DNA of 64,000 bases from a virus, in IMG/VR virus record IMGVR_UViG_3300005337_000001, positions 131,581-195,580 of that record, one strand, 5' to 3'. Shown piece by piece: positions 33,718 to 42,825 of the stretch (position 1 is its first letter; each line of letters opens with the position of its first letter). Below the pieces are notes generated by a model. It was not told where the DNA came from. It made no database searches and saw only the letters and a list, made by a program, of their open reading frames with translations. The position numbers were made by a program, and so were the translations under genes.

Positions 33718-35778
33718 ATGGGCTGGAACATCAAGATGCCCGATGCCGAGTACGTCACGCTCGGCAGTCGCGAGCTAGATGGTCTCGTACGCGAGGTCGT
33801 CGACAAGAAGAAAGTAGCCATCGACACGGAGACCGATGGGCTCATCCTGCACAAGTGCCGGCCCTACTACTGGTCTATGTGCTTCAAGAGCGAGATGGGC
33901 CGCGAGCGCCGCATCACGCTGCCAGCCGACACCTTGGGTGCTTTCAAGCCGGCCTTCAACGACTATGAAAAGAAGTGGGTCTTCGCCAACGCCAAGTTCG
34001 ATATGCACATGCTCTCGAACCTGGACATCAACATCAAGGGCTTGTTGGTCGACGTGCAGGTGATGCACGCCCTACTCTACGAAGAGCAGCCGCACGGTCT
34101 CAAAGACATAGCCAGCACTCTCCTCGGTTGGAAGTGGACGGACTTCACGGACACCTTCGGATCGATGCGCGCCGGCATCTGCGTGTGCGGCGGCTCCAAG
34201 GCTTCCCACTTCAACAAGGACGGCATCTGCAAGAAGACGGGTTGCGCTGAGTTCAGACAAGTCGGCCCATTGGACCTACTTCGCCGCGCTGAAGCGACGA
34301 ACATGAACTTGCTCATCGACTACGCAGCCAACGACGCCTTCGGGACGTGGAAGGTCTTCGAGAAGCTCGACGAGGACCTGGCGAAAGAAGACACCTGGAG
34401 CCTCTACGACACACAGTGGCCGCACATCAAAACGATGTGGGACTACTACTACAAAACGGAGATGCCGTTCACGCGCGTGCTCTTCGCCTGCGAGCGCAAC
34501 GGCTTGCGCGTCAACAAGAAGTACTTACAGGACATCTCGCCCGGCATCCTGCGCGACATGGCCACGCTTAGGTCAAAGATCAACGAGCTCACCGGCACGA
34601 TGATGAAGACCAACGGCCCGATGTTGGCCGAGTACTTCATCGGCAAGTGCGGCCTGCGCCCGCACAAGATGACCAAAGGCGGTAAGAGCGGCGTTCAGAA
34701 GCCATCGGTCGACGAGAAGTTCCTGGATTGGGTAGCTACCGAGCACCGGGACAAAGTCTATGGCGAGGTGGCGCGGCTCCTCTGCGAACACAACAAGATC
34801 GAGAAACAGTACGGCACGTACATCGAGAAGATGCCTGGCCGCTTGGACGCGCAGGACCGCGTGCACCCGAGGCTAAACCAGGACGTTGCCCGTACCGGCC
34901 GCCTGAGCTCGAGCGACCCGAATCTGCAGAACGTGACCGGCGGCGAGAAGGACCTCTACAAGCTACGCAACTCGTTCATCGCCAAGAAGCACCACAAGCT
35001 CATCGTTGCCGACTACTCCCAGCTCGAGATGCGTCTCCTGGCCGCTGCTTCGCAAGAGCCGGCGATGATGGAGATCTTCCACAAGAACTGGGACATTCAC
35101 ATGGGCAACGTCTCCATCGTCTACGGCATCCCGTACGAAGACATGGTGGAGGCCAAGAAGATCGACAAGGCTGTGGGCAAGAAGGACCTACCCGAGTCCG
35201 CCCTCACCGACTACGTAAAGCGCTGCCTAAGCCTACGCGGAAGCATCAAACAGATCGGCTTCGGTCTGAACTACGGCATGAAGGAGAAAGCCATGGCGGC
35301 CCGTATCGGCTGCAGTGTGGAAGAAGCCATCGACACCATCGACAAGTACATGGCGACGTACCCAGCGGTGCGCGCCTTCTTTGCCTCCGCAGCTGAAGAC
35401 GCCCGACGCACAGGCTACGCCTTCACACTCATGGGGCGCCGGCGCTACTTGCCGGACATCATCGCCCGCGACGACTACACCCGATTCCGCGCTGAGCGCC
35501 AGGCCTCGAACATGCCCATCCAGGGCACGGCCGCCGAGGTCTGCAAGATGGCGATGATCAACATCTACGAAGACGTCGAGCTTCGCGAGAAGTACGGCTA
35601 CGAGATGTGCCTGCAGGTGCACGACGAAATCGTAGGCGAATGCCCTGACGAGCACGTCGATATAGTGGTGCCGCGCGTACGTGAGTGGATGGAGCACCCG
35701 TTCCCCACGGACATCGGCGTGCCGCTCACCGCCGAGATTGGCTACGGTGACGAATGGGGCAACGCCAAGAAAGGTTGA
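33718..35778 (+). CDS. family-A DNA polymerase (3'-5' exo + pol)
   Basis: Exo I AIDTET, ANAKFDMH, YAANDA; RTGRLSSSDPNLQN; motif A DYSQLEMR; motif B KQIGFGLNYG; motif C QVHDEI. Confidence 0.95.
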   Translation: MGWNIKMPDAEYVTLGSRELDGLVREVVDKKKVAIDTETDGLILHKCRPYYWSMCFKSEMGRERRITLPADTLGAFKPAFNDYEKKWVFANAKFDMHMLSNLDINIKGLLVDVQVMHALLYEEQPHGLKDIASTLLGWKWTDFTDTFGSMRAGICVCGGSKASHFNKDGICKKTGCAEFRQVGPLDLLRRAEATNMNLLIDYAANDAFGTWKVFEKLDEDLAKEDTWSLYDTQWPHIKTMWDYYYKTEMPFTRVLFACERNGLRVNKKYLQDISPGILRDMATLRSKINELTGTMMKTNGPMLAEYFIGKCGLRPHKMTKGGKSGVQKPSVDEKFLDWVATEHRDKVYGEVARLLCEHNKIEKQYGTYIEKMPGRLDAQDRVHPRLNQDVARTGRLSSSDPNLQNVTGGEKDLYKLRNSFIAKKHHKLIVADYSQLEMRLLAAASQEPAMMEIFHKNWDIHMGNVSIVYGIPYEDMVEAKKIDKAVGKKDLPESALTDYVKRCLSLRGSIKQIGFGLNYGMKEKAMAARIGCSVEEAIDTIDKYMATYPAVRAFFASAAEDARRTGYAFTLMGRRRYLPDIIARDDYTRFRAERQASNMPIQGTAAEVCKMAMINIYEDVELREKYGYEMCLQVHDEIVGECPDEHVDIVVPRVREWMEHPFPTDIGVPLTAEIGYGDEWGNAKKG

Positions 35779-35779
35779 G

Positions 35780-36115
35780 ATGCGCAAGCACGAGCTGGAC
35801 TTGGACGTAGCGCTAGAGACCGGGCTCTCACAGAAGAAGGTGAAGCTCGTCACGCAGATCTTCTTGCACAAGACGATGCAGGCACTCATCGAGGGCAGCG
35901 AGGTGACCCTGGACGGATTCGGGCGGTTCCGCCTGGTGGAACAGGGCGGCGCACCGCCCCCGCATGCCCGCTTCGGAACAGGGGAAAAGAACACGGAAGC
36001 GACAGGCGTAAGGCTTCGGGTACACTTCAAGAAGTCGGCGCCCTTCACCAAAGCGGTGAAGCGCCACCAACAGGAGAAGTTACATGGAGAAGTACGCCGT
36101 AGACGAAACCGTTGA
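35780..36115 (+). CDS. HU/IHF-family DNA-binding protein
   Basis: MRKHEL..VALETGLSQKKV..VTLDGFGRF..VHFKKS. Confidence 0.85.
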   Translation: MRKHELDLDVALETGLSQKKVKLVTQIFLHKTMQALIEGSEVTLDGFGRFRLVEQGGAPPPHARFGTGEKNTEATGVRLRVHFKKSAPFTKAVKRHQQEKLHGEVRRRRNR

Positions 36116-36251
36116 CCAAGATGTGATGGAGAAGGCAGCTGCTGACGGCTGCCCCGAATGTGGCGCCAAGTGCGAACGGCATGGCAACACGATGAAGTGC
36201 CCGGTGCATGGCACCGAGCCCTTTGAAAGAAAGAGGAGCGATGGCGGCTAA
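36084..36251 (+). CDS. 55-aa Zn-finger microprotein
   Basis: AGGAG RBS; MEKYAV..EKAAADGCPECG..CPVHG; absent from the ORF track. Confidence 0.65.
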   Translation: MEKYAVDETVDQDVMEKAAADGCPECGAKCERHGNTMKCPVHGTEPFERKRSDGG

Positions 36252-37635
36252 AAAGGTTGCGAAGAAGAAGGGCTCGAAGCGCGCAGAAGCCCTGATCGTA
36301 CGAACGCCGAAAAGCATGCGTGATGCAGCTAGGCGAGAGCCTACGACGAAGGGGGCGGCTCAGTCCGCCCCAGTGTCGCCGGCAAAGCAGGCTGTGATGA
36401 CCAAGGCGGGTCGCCTGGCGGGCGTGCCCGACATGAGCCCGAAGGAGCGCTTGGCCGCAGCCAAGGCCGGTGCCGACAAGATCAACAAGGAGTTCAAGGG
36501 CGAGATTGTAGTGTCGGCAGAGGACGCCCACGGCAAATCCTTTCTGCGGCGGCCGTGCGGCATCATGCAGCTCGACATCGACACTGGCGGTGGACTTCCC
36601 GCGGGCAGCTTCAACACCATCAGCGGCCCGAACAACGCCGGCAAGTCGACCATCCTGTACTACTACTTCGCCGAGCATCAGCGGCTGTACGGCGACGCAG
36701 CCTACTGCGCACTGGTGCTGTCCGAAGGCCACGTCGACTACGACCAGGCGCGGCGCTGCGGTTGGATCATCCCCTACCCGAAGGAAGTCATCGCGGGCAA
36801 ACGCCAGGCTCGGCTCGAGCTCGGTGAGCCAGACTTCACGGAAGAGGAGCTCGCTGACATGCGCCGCAGCATCGGCGTGAACAACATCGTCTACGGGCTA
36901 TCGACAGCCGAGGAGATGCTGGACGTCACCGGCAAGCTGCTCGAGTCCAACCTCTACGGCCTCGTCGGGCTCGATTCGTACGAAGGGCTCATGCCGAACG
37001 CCGAAGCGCAGCTCGAGTCCCTGGAGGACTTCCCGCAGCAAGCAGCGCGCGCCACAGCCATCGGCCGCTTCCTGCAGCACTACGGCCCCATCAAGCGCTC
37101 CCCGGACCACTTCACGACCTTCATCATGACCTGCCAGATCCGCTTCAACCGAAAGAAGCAGGAGGCGCAGTCGTTCATGCAGAAGTACTTGAAGGACTGG
37201 GCAGAGGTCGTCCCCGACGTCGTCAAACACTGGCGCACCAACGCCATAGTGCTGTGGGCCTCCGGCAAGCAGAAAGAGAAGGGGGACAAGGACGACAAGG
37301 GTCCGAAGGAAGTCGTCGGCAAGGACGTGAACTGGGAGATCACCAAAGGCAAGGACGGTACCCACGACAACATCATGGGCTCCACCGTCTACTGGTACGA
37401 CCCGCGCTGCTTCGACATTCAGCGCACGGTGATACACGCTGGCATGCGCTACGGCGTGCTGCGTGAAATCAACGGGCAGCTCACGCTCTTCAAGAACGGC
37501 GAGCCGCACGAGTACCTGCGGAACATCGACGGGCCCGACATGTTCGTACAGGCCATGTTGGAAGAGCCAGACTCGGAGTGGGACGCGCGCCACGTCATCC
37601 TCCACGCCCTCGGCAAGGACTGCTTGTACCGATGA
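36241..37635 (+). CDS. recA: RecA/UvsX-family recombinase
   Basis: LDIDTGGGLP, Walker A GPNNAGKST, VGLDSY, TCQIR, KDVNWEITKGK; AGGAG RBS. Confidence 0.88.
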   Translation: MAAKKVAKKKGSKRAEALIVRTPKSMRDAARREPTTKGAAQSAPVSPAKQAVMTKAGRLAGVPDMSPKERLAAAKAGADKINKEFKGEIVVSAEDAHGKSFLRRPCGIMQLDIDTGGGLPAGSFNTISGPNNAGKSTILYYYFAEHQRLYGDAAYCALVLSEGHVDYDQARRCGWIIPYPKEVIAGKRQARLELGEPDFTEEELADMRRSIGVNNIVYGLSTAEEMLDVTGKLLESNLYGLVGLDSYEGLMPNAEAQLESLEDFPQQAARATAIGRFLQHYGPIKRSPDHFTTFIMTCQIRFNRKKQEAQSFMQKYLKDWAEVVPDVVKHWRTNAIVLWASGKQKEKGDKDDKGPKEVVGKDVNWEITKGKDGTHDNIMGSTVYWYDPRCFDIQRTVIHAGMRYGVLREINGQLTLFKNGEPHEYLRNIDGPDMFVQAMLEEPDSEWDARHVILHALGKDCLYR

Positions 37636-37883
37636 AAGACACCAGGTACAGGTGGGTCCAAGACTCGCCGCGCCGGTACTCAGCAAGGATTGGTCCGCTT
37701 AGTATCGGCATCGTACGCATCGCGATGGGTCCACTGAACGGGCTGTGGCGTATCGAACATATCTTCGGGGATCAAGTAGTAGGTCCGAAGGACGGCACGG
37801 TGCTGCAGGTGGCCATGCTTAGTGCCGAAGACGTGGCGATGAACCTGCTCATCAAAACCTTCACCTTCATGGCGCGTCGATGA
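37632..37883 (+). CDS. hypothetical protein
   Basis: ATGA-coupled at both ends. Confidence 0.6.
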   Translation: MKDTRYRWVQDSPRRYSARIGPLSIGIVRIAMGPLNGLWRIEHIFGDQVVGPKDGTVLQVAMLSAEDVAMNLLIKTFTFMARR

Positions 37884-38227
37884 CCTACGGCGGGCGGCGA
37901 CCTTCGGCCAAGGCAATCAGGCGTAGATCGCGGAGACAAGAGCAAGAGCTGGCAGAAGGGACAGGAGCTAGGGTCCAAAAGGGCTCCGGCTCCATCCCTC
38001 ACCTGAAGGGCGACGTGCACTTCAAAGGCAAGTTCAGAGCCGAGTGCAAACAGACCCGACAGAAGAGCTTCTCAGTGACGCGCGCCATCCTGGACAAGAT
38101 TCGCAGCGAATGTTCATTCGATGAAGTCCCCGTGCTCGACGTCGAGTTCCTGAACCCTGTCGGTCGCACCGAAGAACGCTTCATCGTCATCCCCTACAAC
38201 GTGTGGCTCGAGCTACAGAAAGACTAA
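37880..38227 (+). CDS. Hjc-like PD-(D/E)xK nuclease / Holliday junction resolvase
   Basis: QEQELA..GSG..KGDV..AECKQT. Confidence 0.7.
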   Translation: MTYGGRRPSAKAIRRRSRRQEQELAEGTGARVQKGSGSIPHLKGDVHFKGKFRAECKQTRQKSFSVTRAILDKIRSECSFDEVPVLDVEFLNPVGRTEERFIVIPYNVWLELQKD

Positions 38228-38229
38228 GC

Positions 38230-39144
38230 ATGGGCCTCGTCTCCATCAACGATTTGTTCACTGAGCCTCCCGACAGACTAGCCTGGTACCGCGTCTGGGC
38301 TCAGGACCTAGGCGAGATGTACAACGCCTTCATCGAGAAGGACGACGAAAACGTTTCGTTCGAAGTGGGCTGGCATGGTGCGAAAGCCCGCAGCGCTGGC
38401 GTCCATGCCTCTGAGCTGTCGGGCTCATGCCAGCGCCCGGTCTGGTACTCACTCACCGGCGCGCAGCGCAGCGACGCCGCGCTCGACCCGTTCTGGAAGA
38501 AGAAGTTCCGGGTCGGACACGTTTACCACGCCATGGTGCAAGAGGACTGGCGGCGCATGTGCGAAAAGAGTCACGGCATGCTCACCTTCGAGAAGGAAGT
38601 GCGCATCGACCCTTCGCTGCAGCTGATTGCCAAGCAGTACGACATCCAATCGAGCTGCGACGGCGTCATCAACTTCCACGACAAGCCCGGTGAGCCGCCG
38701 ATCATGAGAGTGGGGCTCGAGATCAAAACCGAGTCCCCCGACCAGTTCAAGGACCTGAAGAAGCCCAAGGACCAACACCTCCGCCAGACGTGCGTCTACA
38801 TGAAGTGCCTCGACGTGCCCCTGCTTTGGACGATGTACATCAACAAGGGCACACAGAACAACGTCCCTTCGAAGCCACCCTGGATCTTCGACTTCGACCA
38901 CAACTTGTGGAACACCATCGAGGAAGAGACCAAACAGATCATCCACCTCGCCACCGTCAACGAGATACCGGACCGCGCCGAGGGCATCTGGTGCGAGTTC
39001 TGCGGCTACGGCGCCATCTGCAAGCCGGACTACTTGGCGAAGAAAGCCAGGAGCGTCGCTGGTAAGAAAGCCAGGGCTGTTCAGCAGAAGCGCTTCCGTA
39101 CGGTCGGCATCGGAGGCATACGCACACCGAAAGGAACCCTATGA
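38230..39144 (+). CDS. Cas4-like PD-(D/E)xK exonuclease
   Basis: ASELSGSCQR, SCDG, LEIKT, QTCVYM, CEFCGY..IC Fe-S cysteines. Confidence 0.85.
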   Translation: MGLVSINDLFTEPPDRLAWYRVWAQDLGEMYNAFIEKDDENVSFEVGWHGAKARSAGVHASELSGSCQRPVWYSLTGAQRSDAALDPFWKKKFRVGHVYHAMVQEDWRRMCEKSHGMLTFEKEVRIDPSLQLIAKQYDIQSSCDGVINFHDKPGEPPIMRVGLEIKTESPDQFKDLKKPKDQHLRQTCVYMKCLDVPLLWTMYINKGTQNNVPSKPPWIFDFDHNLWNTIEEETKQIIHLATVNEIPDRAEGIWCEFCGYGAICKPDYLAKKARSVAGKKARAVQQKRFRTVGIGGIRTPKGTL

Positions 39145-39782
39145 ACGAACCCCATGGAGGACTTAGGCTTCAAGGCCCCGTCGCCGGTGTCGGAGAGACG
39201 GAAGCAGAAGACATTCACCGCGAATGGTCGCTGTACCCCGCGGTGCAGGAATACCTGACGACACACCTGGCGTTGGCGATGCCGAAGGAGCCTGAGTTCG
39301 CATGCCCTCCTCTTCGAGTGGAAGACCTGACGACAAACGACAACAAGGTGTACACCGAGACGTACGCCCAGCGGGTCGCATGGTTCGGCTTCTATTCAGA
39401 GCGCAAGGCAGAACACGATGCCATCGTGCTCGAGGTCGAAGCGGAGATGAGCGTGATCGAGACACGCATCCGCAACCACATGCGCAGGAACAGCAAGAAG
39501 CTGACAGCCTCCGGTGACTCGAAGGCCCCGCCAGCGCAGGCCATGGAAGACGCGATCAACAGCGACACCCGCTACCTCGAGCTCAAGCAGAAGGTGGTCT
39601 TCCACAAGCAAATCCTGAAGCGCGTCAACGCCAGAGTGGAGACCTTGGACCGCGAGATTCGCCTGACGTCGCGCCAGGTAGAGATTCGCAGGCAGGAGTT
39701 CGACAACGCCGGCCGTGGCAGCGGCAGCGTGCGACAGCCAGGCCCTGGTATGAGACCGCCGGGGAGCTACGGCCGCGGATGA
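39141..39782 (+). CDS. UvsY-like coiled-coil recombination mediator
   Basis: AINSDTRYLEL..VETLDREIRLTSRQVEIR pattern; context. Confidence 0.5.
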   Translation: MNEPHGGLRLQGPVAGVGETEAEDIHREWSLYPAVQEYLTTHLALAMPKEPEFACPPLRVEDLTTNDNKVYTETYAQRVAWFGFYSERKAEHDAIVLEVEAEMSVIETRIRNHMRRNSKKLTASGDSKAPPAQAMEDAINSDTRYLELKQKVVFHKQILKRVNARVETLDREIRLTSRQVEIRRQEFDNAGRGSGSVRQPGPGMRPPGSYGRG

Positions 39783-40255
39783 TTCACCTCCAGTTCCCTT
39801 GGCTACCGCCGTCGATCAACAACCTGTACCACGACCAAGCGGTGCACGTTGGCGGCAAGGGCAGGTTCAAGAAGATCATCATCAAGCGCGTGCTTACTGA
39901 CGAGGGCAAGCTCTTCAAGAAGGAAACGCTCTCGTACTTAGTGAAGGGCTACCAGCCACAGCTCCGCTTCTTCAAGAAGAATGTGCCCTACCTCTTCTAC
40001 TACCGCTTCATCACGCCAGACCTATTCAACAAGACCTGGCCAAAAGAGGCAGAGAGCAGGTACAAGAGGTTTGACGCAAGCAACTTGGTCAAGGTACTGG
40101 AAGATGTCGTAGTCGAAGCGTGCGGTGTCGACGACTCGAACTACCTGACCGTAGTGAGCGAGAAGCGAAAGGGGACGAGCGAAGAGACGCACATCTGGGT
40201 CTGGAATCTTGAAGAGGAGGGATGTCCCTTCCATGCAGCAGCACTCTCCATTTGA
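39779..40255 (+). CDS. rusA: RusA-family Holliday junction resolvase
   Basis: PWLPPSINNLY, DASNLVKVLEDVV..GVDDS. Confidence 0.85.
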   Translation: MIHLQFPWLPPSINNLYHDQAVHVGGKGRFKKIIIKRVLTDEGKLFKKETLSYLVKGYQPQLRFFKKNVPYLFYYRFITPDLFNKTWPKEAESRYKRFDASNLVKVLEDVVVEACGVDDSNYLTVVSEKRKGTSEETHIWVWNLEEEGCPFHAAALSI

Positions 40256-40622
40256 GGCATACAACCACACGGAACTCTACCAATCGTGCATCAGCGCGAA
40301 CATCATGGTGCGCCCTAACGAGGCGCGGGAAGAGATGATCGCGTACCTCGAAGGGCTCAAGGAGCCACCACCGCTCGCCGAGGCCGACCAGGTGTTCAAC
40401 AGCTGGCGGAACGGCTTCATCAACTTCTTCAACGAGTACTGGCGCAAGCTGGAGACCCAGCTCGTCTGCCCCGCTCGAATGATGAAGCACCCAACGCACC
40501 CCAACCCAAAACCCTGCTTTGGATGTCTTGACGCCCAAGTCGTCCACTGCCTAGTAAGTAATCCCGAGAACGCTTCATTGATCGAAGCACATCGGCTAGT
40601 GAGGAGACCGCGAACCAAATGA
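40233..40622 (+). CDS. HeH-like N-terminus + Cys/His cluster protein
   Basis: FEAYNHTELYQSC..REEMIAYL; CPA..CFGC..HC. Confidence 0.6.
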   Translation: MQQHSPFEAYNHTELYQSCISANIMVRPNEAREEMIAYLEGLKEPPPLAEADQVFNSWRNGFINFFNEYWRKLETQLVCPARMMKHPTHPNPKPCFGCLDAQVVHCLVSNPENASLIEAHRLVRRPRTK

Positions 40623-41278
40623 CCACCACTCAAATTTCCGTAGCAACCGCTCCCCGTGACATCGCCGGCCTGAAGAACCTCGGCCGGTTCAACATGCGCA
40701 TCCTGGCTCAAGAGCTGGGTGCCTTCGAACAGGAGGAGACCAAGACTGCTTTCATGCAGCAGTCGACCGACGAGCAGGTTGCCTTCGTGCACAAGCTGCT
40801 GCTCGAGAAGGACGGCGGCGGCAAAGCCAGTAAGGGAGCTGGTGGTGCTTCGCCACGGCAGCCGTCGACGAAGGGCGCCGCCAAAGGCGGTGGCGTAGTC
40901 GGCAAACCCGCCGGCGAGGCCGCGAAAGGTACGGGAGGCGGTGGTACCGCAACGGCTGGTCCTGCCGTCGGCGCCGGCGCGGAGAAGTTGCTCGCGGCCA
41001 TCGGCGAGCTGAACGAGAAGATCGACGGGTTCAACGAGACCCTAGGCAATCTGCAGACCGCAGTCGAGCAGCTGCAGGGCATCAGCGCTGGCACGAACCG
41101 TTTCGTTGCGCTGGCGATTGGCCTCTCTGGCAAGCTCGCCGAGCAGGTGATGGGCGCGTCGCTGGCCCAGATCATCGACGTCGTACTCGAAGACATGCCG
41201 GCAGTAGAGGAAGCCATGAAACGGATGGCGCCGGCAGCCGAAGAGGACGAGGAGCCAGAAGCGGGAAACGAAGAGTAG
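40619..41278 (+). CDS. HeH (Rho-N-like) + Gly/Lys linker + coiled-coil protein, short form
   Basis: LKNLGRFNMRILAQELG; acidic C-terminus; 219 aa. Confidence 0.75.
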   Translation: MTTTQISVATAPRDIAGLKNLGRFNMRILAQELGAFEQEETKTAFMQQSTDEQVAFVHKLLLEKDGGGKASKGAGGASPRQPSTKGAAKGGGVVGKPAGEAAKGTGGGGTATAGPAVGAGAEKLLAAIGELNEKIDGFNETLGNLQTAVEQLQGISAGTNRFVALAIGLSGKLAEQVMGASLAQIIDVVLEDMPAVEEAMKRMAPAAEEDEEPEAGNEE

Positions 41279-41313
41279 TAGCCGTCAAGACGTGGCCAGG
41301 CTGCAGACGGCTA
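41249..41313 (+). other. candidate programmed -1 ribosomal frameshift cassette
   Basis: GAGGAG 41249-54; in-frame G_GGA_AAC 41263-69; stem TAGCCGTC/GACGGCTA 41279-86/41306-13. Confidence 0.7.
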
Positions 41314-41469
41314 GCGGCGCACGATGTCGTTGAAGTGAACGCCGGGTATCTCAGTTCCCTGCGTTACCACGACCTCCGCGTCCTGGCCGTCAGCCTGGGC
41401 GTCCTAGTACAGGACGATCCAAGCGTCGACGTGCTACGCCAACGAATTCGTCAGTGTCGCCTTGTGTGA
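41263..41469 (+). CDS. -1-frame extension encoding a HeH-like domain
   Basis: Open frame with no ATG; YLSSLRYHDLRVLAVSLGV..SVDVLRQRI. Confidence 0.6.
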   Translation, partial: GKRRVVAVKTWPGCRRLAAHDVVEVNAGYLSSLRYHDLRVLAVSLGVLVQDDPSVDVLRQRIRQCRLV

Positions 41470-41517
41470 AGGGCGGCACTGTTCGATGGGGCGTGCTCAC
41501 TGTGCAGAAAGGTTACG

Positions 41518-41718
41518 ATGGGCGCGTCATGTAACGGGGAAGTGCGGCAGGACGGACATCAGTGGTTCTGCCTCGATTGCGGTCATGTGAGCTCTTCCTG
41601 GAGCACACAGCACAAGCCACTGCAGTCCAGACGGGCGCTCTTCCTCACAAGTCTGCTGGAGCTACTGCGCGAAGCCGAAGCAGAGGAAAACGTGGGAGCT
41701 GCGCAAGCAGCGACATGA
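41518..41718 (+). CDS. small Zn-ribbon protein
   Basis: SCNG..WFCLDCG. Confidence 0.55.
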   Translation: MGASCNGEVRQDGHQWFCLDCGHVSSSWSTQHKPLQSRRALFLTSLLELLREAEAEENVGAAQAAT

Positions 41719-41731
41719 CCACGGAGGGATC

Positions 41732-41760
41732 AGCGCCGTGCCAAACGACGCTTTTTCCTT
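41732..41760 (+). terminator. probable terminator between convergent blocks
   Basis: AGCGCCGT/ACGACGCT stem (one mismatch) followed by a T-run. Confidence 0.5.
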
Positions 41761-41764
41761 AGCC

Positions 41765-42241
41765 CTACTTCGCCTTTGCAGCCACCACAGTGACGGCCAC
41801 AGTGGTCAAGACGCCGACGGCGAACCAGAGCCCTGGCTCCTTGAAGAACGACGGGTTCCTGAGATTCTCCTCGGCCTCAAGCCGAGCCTTGTCGGCAGCT
41901 AGAAGGCGGTCTCGCAGGTCCTTCTCGCTCTTGGTGTTGCGCTCCTGCTCAATGACTCGGTACGAGTCTTCATGCGCCACCAAGACCTTGCAGCTGTCCT
42001 GCGCCGCCTTCAAGTCCGTGCCGTAGCGAAGCTCGTATTGCTTCAGCCACATAGCCCAGCGCAGGGACGTGTTCTCGTCGAAGAGCTGCCCGTCATACGG
42101 GGCAGGATAGCCCTTCTTCACCGCCGTGATGTTGTCGTCACCAGCTGGCAGGGTGACGAGGTGGGGAGACGGCAGCGGCTCTTCCGCCAGGGCCAGCGCG
42201 GGTATGAGAAACGCAGCAACGGAGGCTCGGTACTTCATCAC
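41765..42241 (-). CDS. signal-peptide + coiled-coil + C-terminal TM protein, spanin-like
   Basis: N-terminal hydrophobic leader; C-terminal GLWFAVGVLTTVAVTVVAAK; lysis cluster context. Confidence 0.5.
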   Translation of the reverse strand: MMKYRASVAAFLIPALALAEEPLPSPHLVTLPAGDDNITAVKKGYPAPYDGQLFDENTSLRWAMWLKQYELRYGTDLKAAQDSCKVLVAHEDSYRVIEQERNTKSEKDLRDRLLAADKARLEAEENLRNPSFFKEPGLWFAVGVLTTVAVTVVAAKAK

Positions 42242-42255
42242 TCAAGAGTACAGCT

Positions 42256-42825
42256 TCACGCCATCTTCTGACCAGCCAATACCTTGGCCACAGCCGCGTC
42301 GTACCAGCGCTCCATGTGCGCGCGGAACGGCCACATCCAGAAGTAGCCAGGTCCGGTGAAGTTCTCGATCATCTGCGTCCTGGCGTCAGGCCGTAGCACC
42401 AGCTGGGCTCCGTTCGGATAGAGCTCGACGGTGGCTTTGATCGTCTCTTCGAAAGCCTCCATCTCGAACTTGGCGCGGAAGTAAGCCAGGCCGCCCGGTA
42501 GTGGAAACAGCAGGTACAGAAACGAGAAGAGCAGCATGCTGTACTTGCGACGCTGCCGCATGTGCACGCGCTCGTGACGCAACGTGATGATGCGCGAGAT
42601 GTCTCTGGTCAACCGCCAACCCTCCGGCACATACACCGAGCAACCGATGGTCGTGATGTACGCCGTCTGGAACGTGCGCTGCCGACCGAACGTGATGAGG
42701 AACAAAAAGCCGGCGATGAACTTCATCAGCAAGCTGTCTTCCTTCCACACCAGCTTGAAAGCAGGAAATTCGGCGCGGATGTCGGAGAGCGTGTCCTCGT
42801 AGTTGCAGCCGACGCAGTCGTTCAT
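42256..42825 (-). CDS. HExxH zinc metallopeptidase-like protein
   Basis: TLRHERVHMRQ...FEMEAF; hydrophobic segments. Confidence 0.7.
   Translation of the reverse strand: MNDCVGCNYEDTLSDIRAEFPAFKLVWKEDSLLMKFIAGFLFLITFGRQRTFQTAYITTIGCSVYVPEGWRLTRDISRIITLRHERVHMRQRRKYSMLLFSFLYLLFPLPGGLAYFRAKFEMEAFEETIKATVELYPNGAQLVLRPDARTQMIENFTGPGYFWMWPFRAHMERWYDAAVAKVLAGQKMA

Noticed and set aside
8727-35778. Inteins or introns in RNAP, terL, helicases or polymerase
   Set aside because: Motif spacing leaves no room; no splice-junction or homing-endonuclease motifs seen.
38230-39144. CRISPR-Cas system from the Cas4-like gene
   Set aside because: No repeat-spacer array or other cas genes; solo Cas4-like nucleases are common in phage recombination modules.
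40619-41469. Tail assembly chaperone G/GT interpretation of the frameshift
   Set aside because: No tail tube or tape measure gene adjacent; the gene sits at the end of the replication/recombination operon on the non-structural strand.
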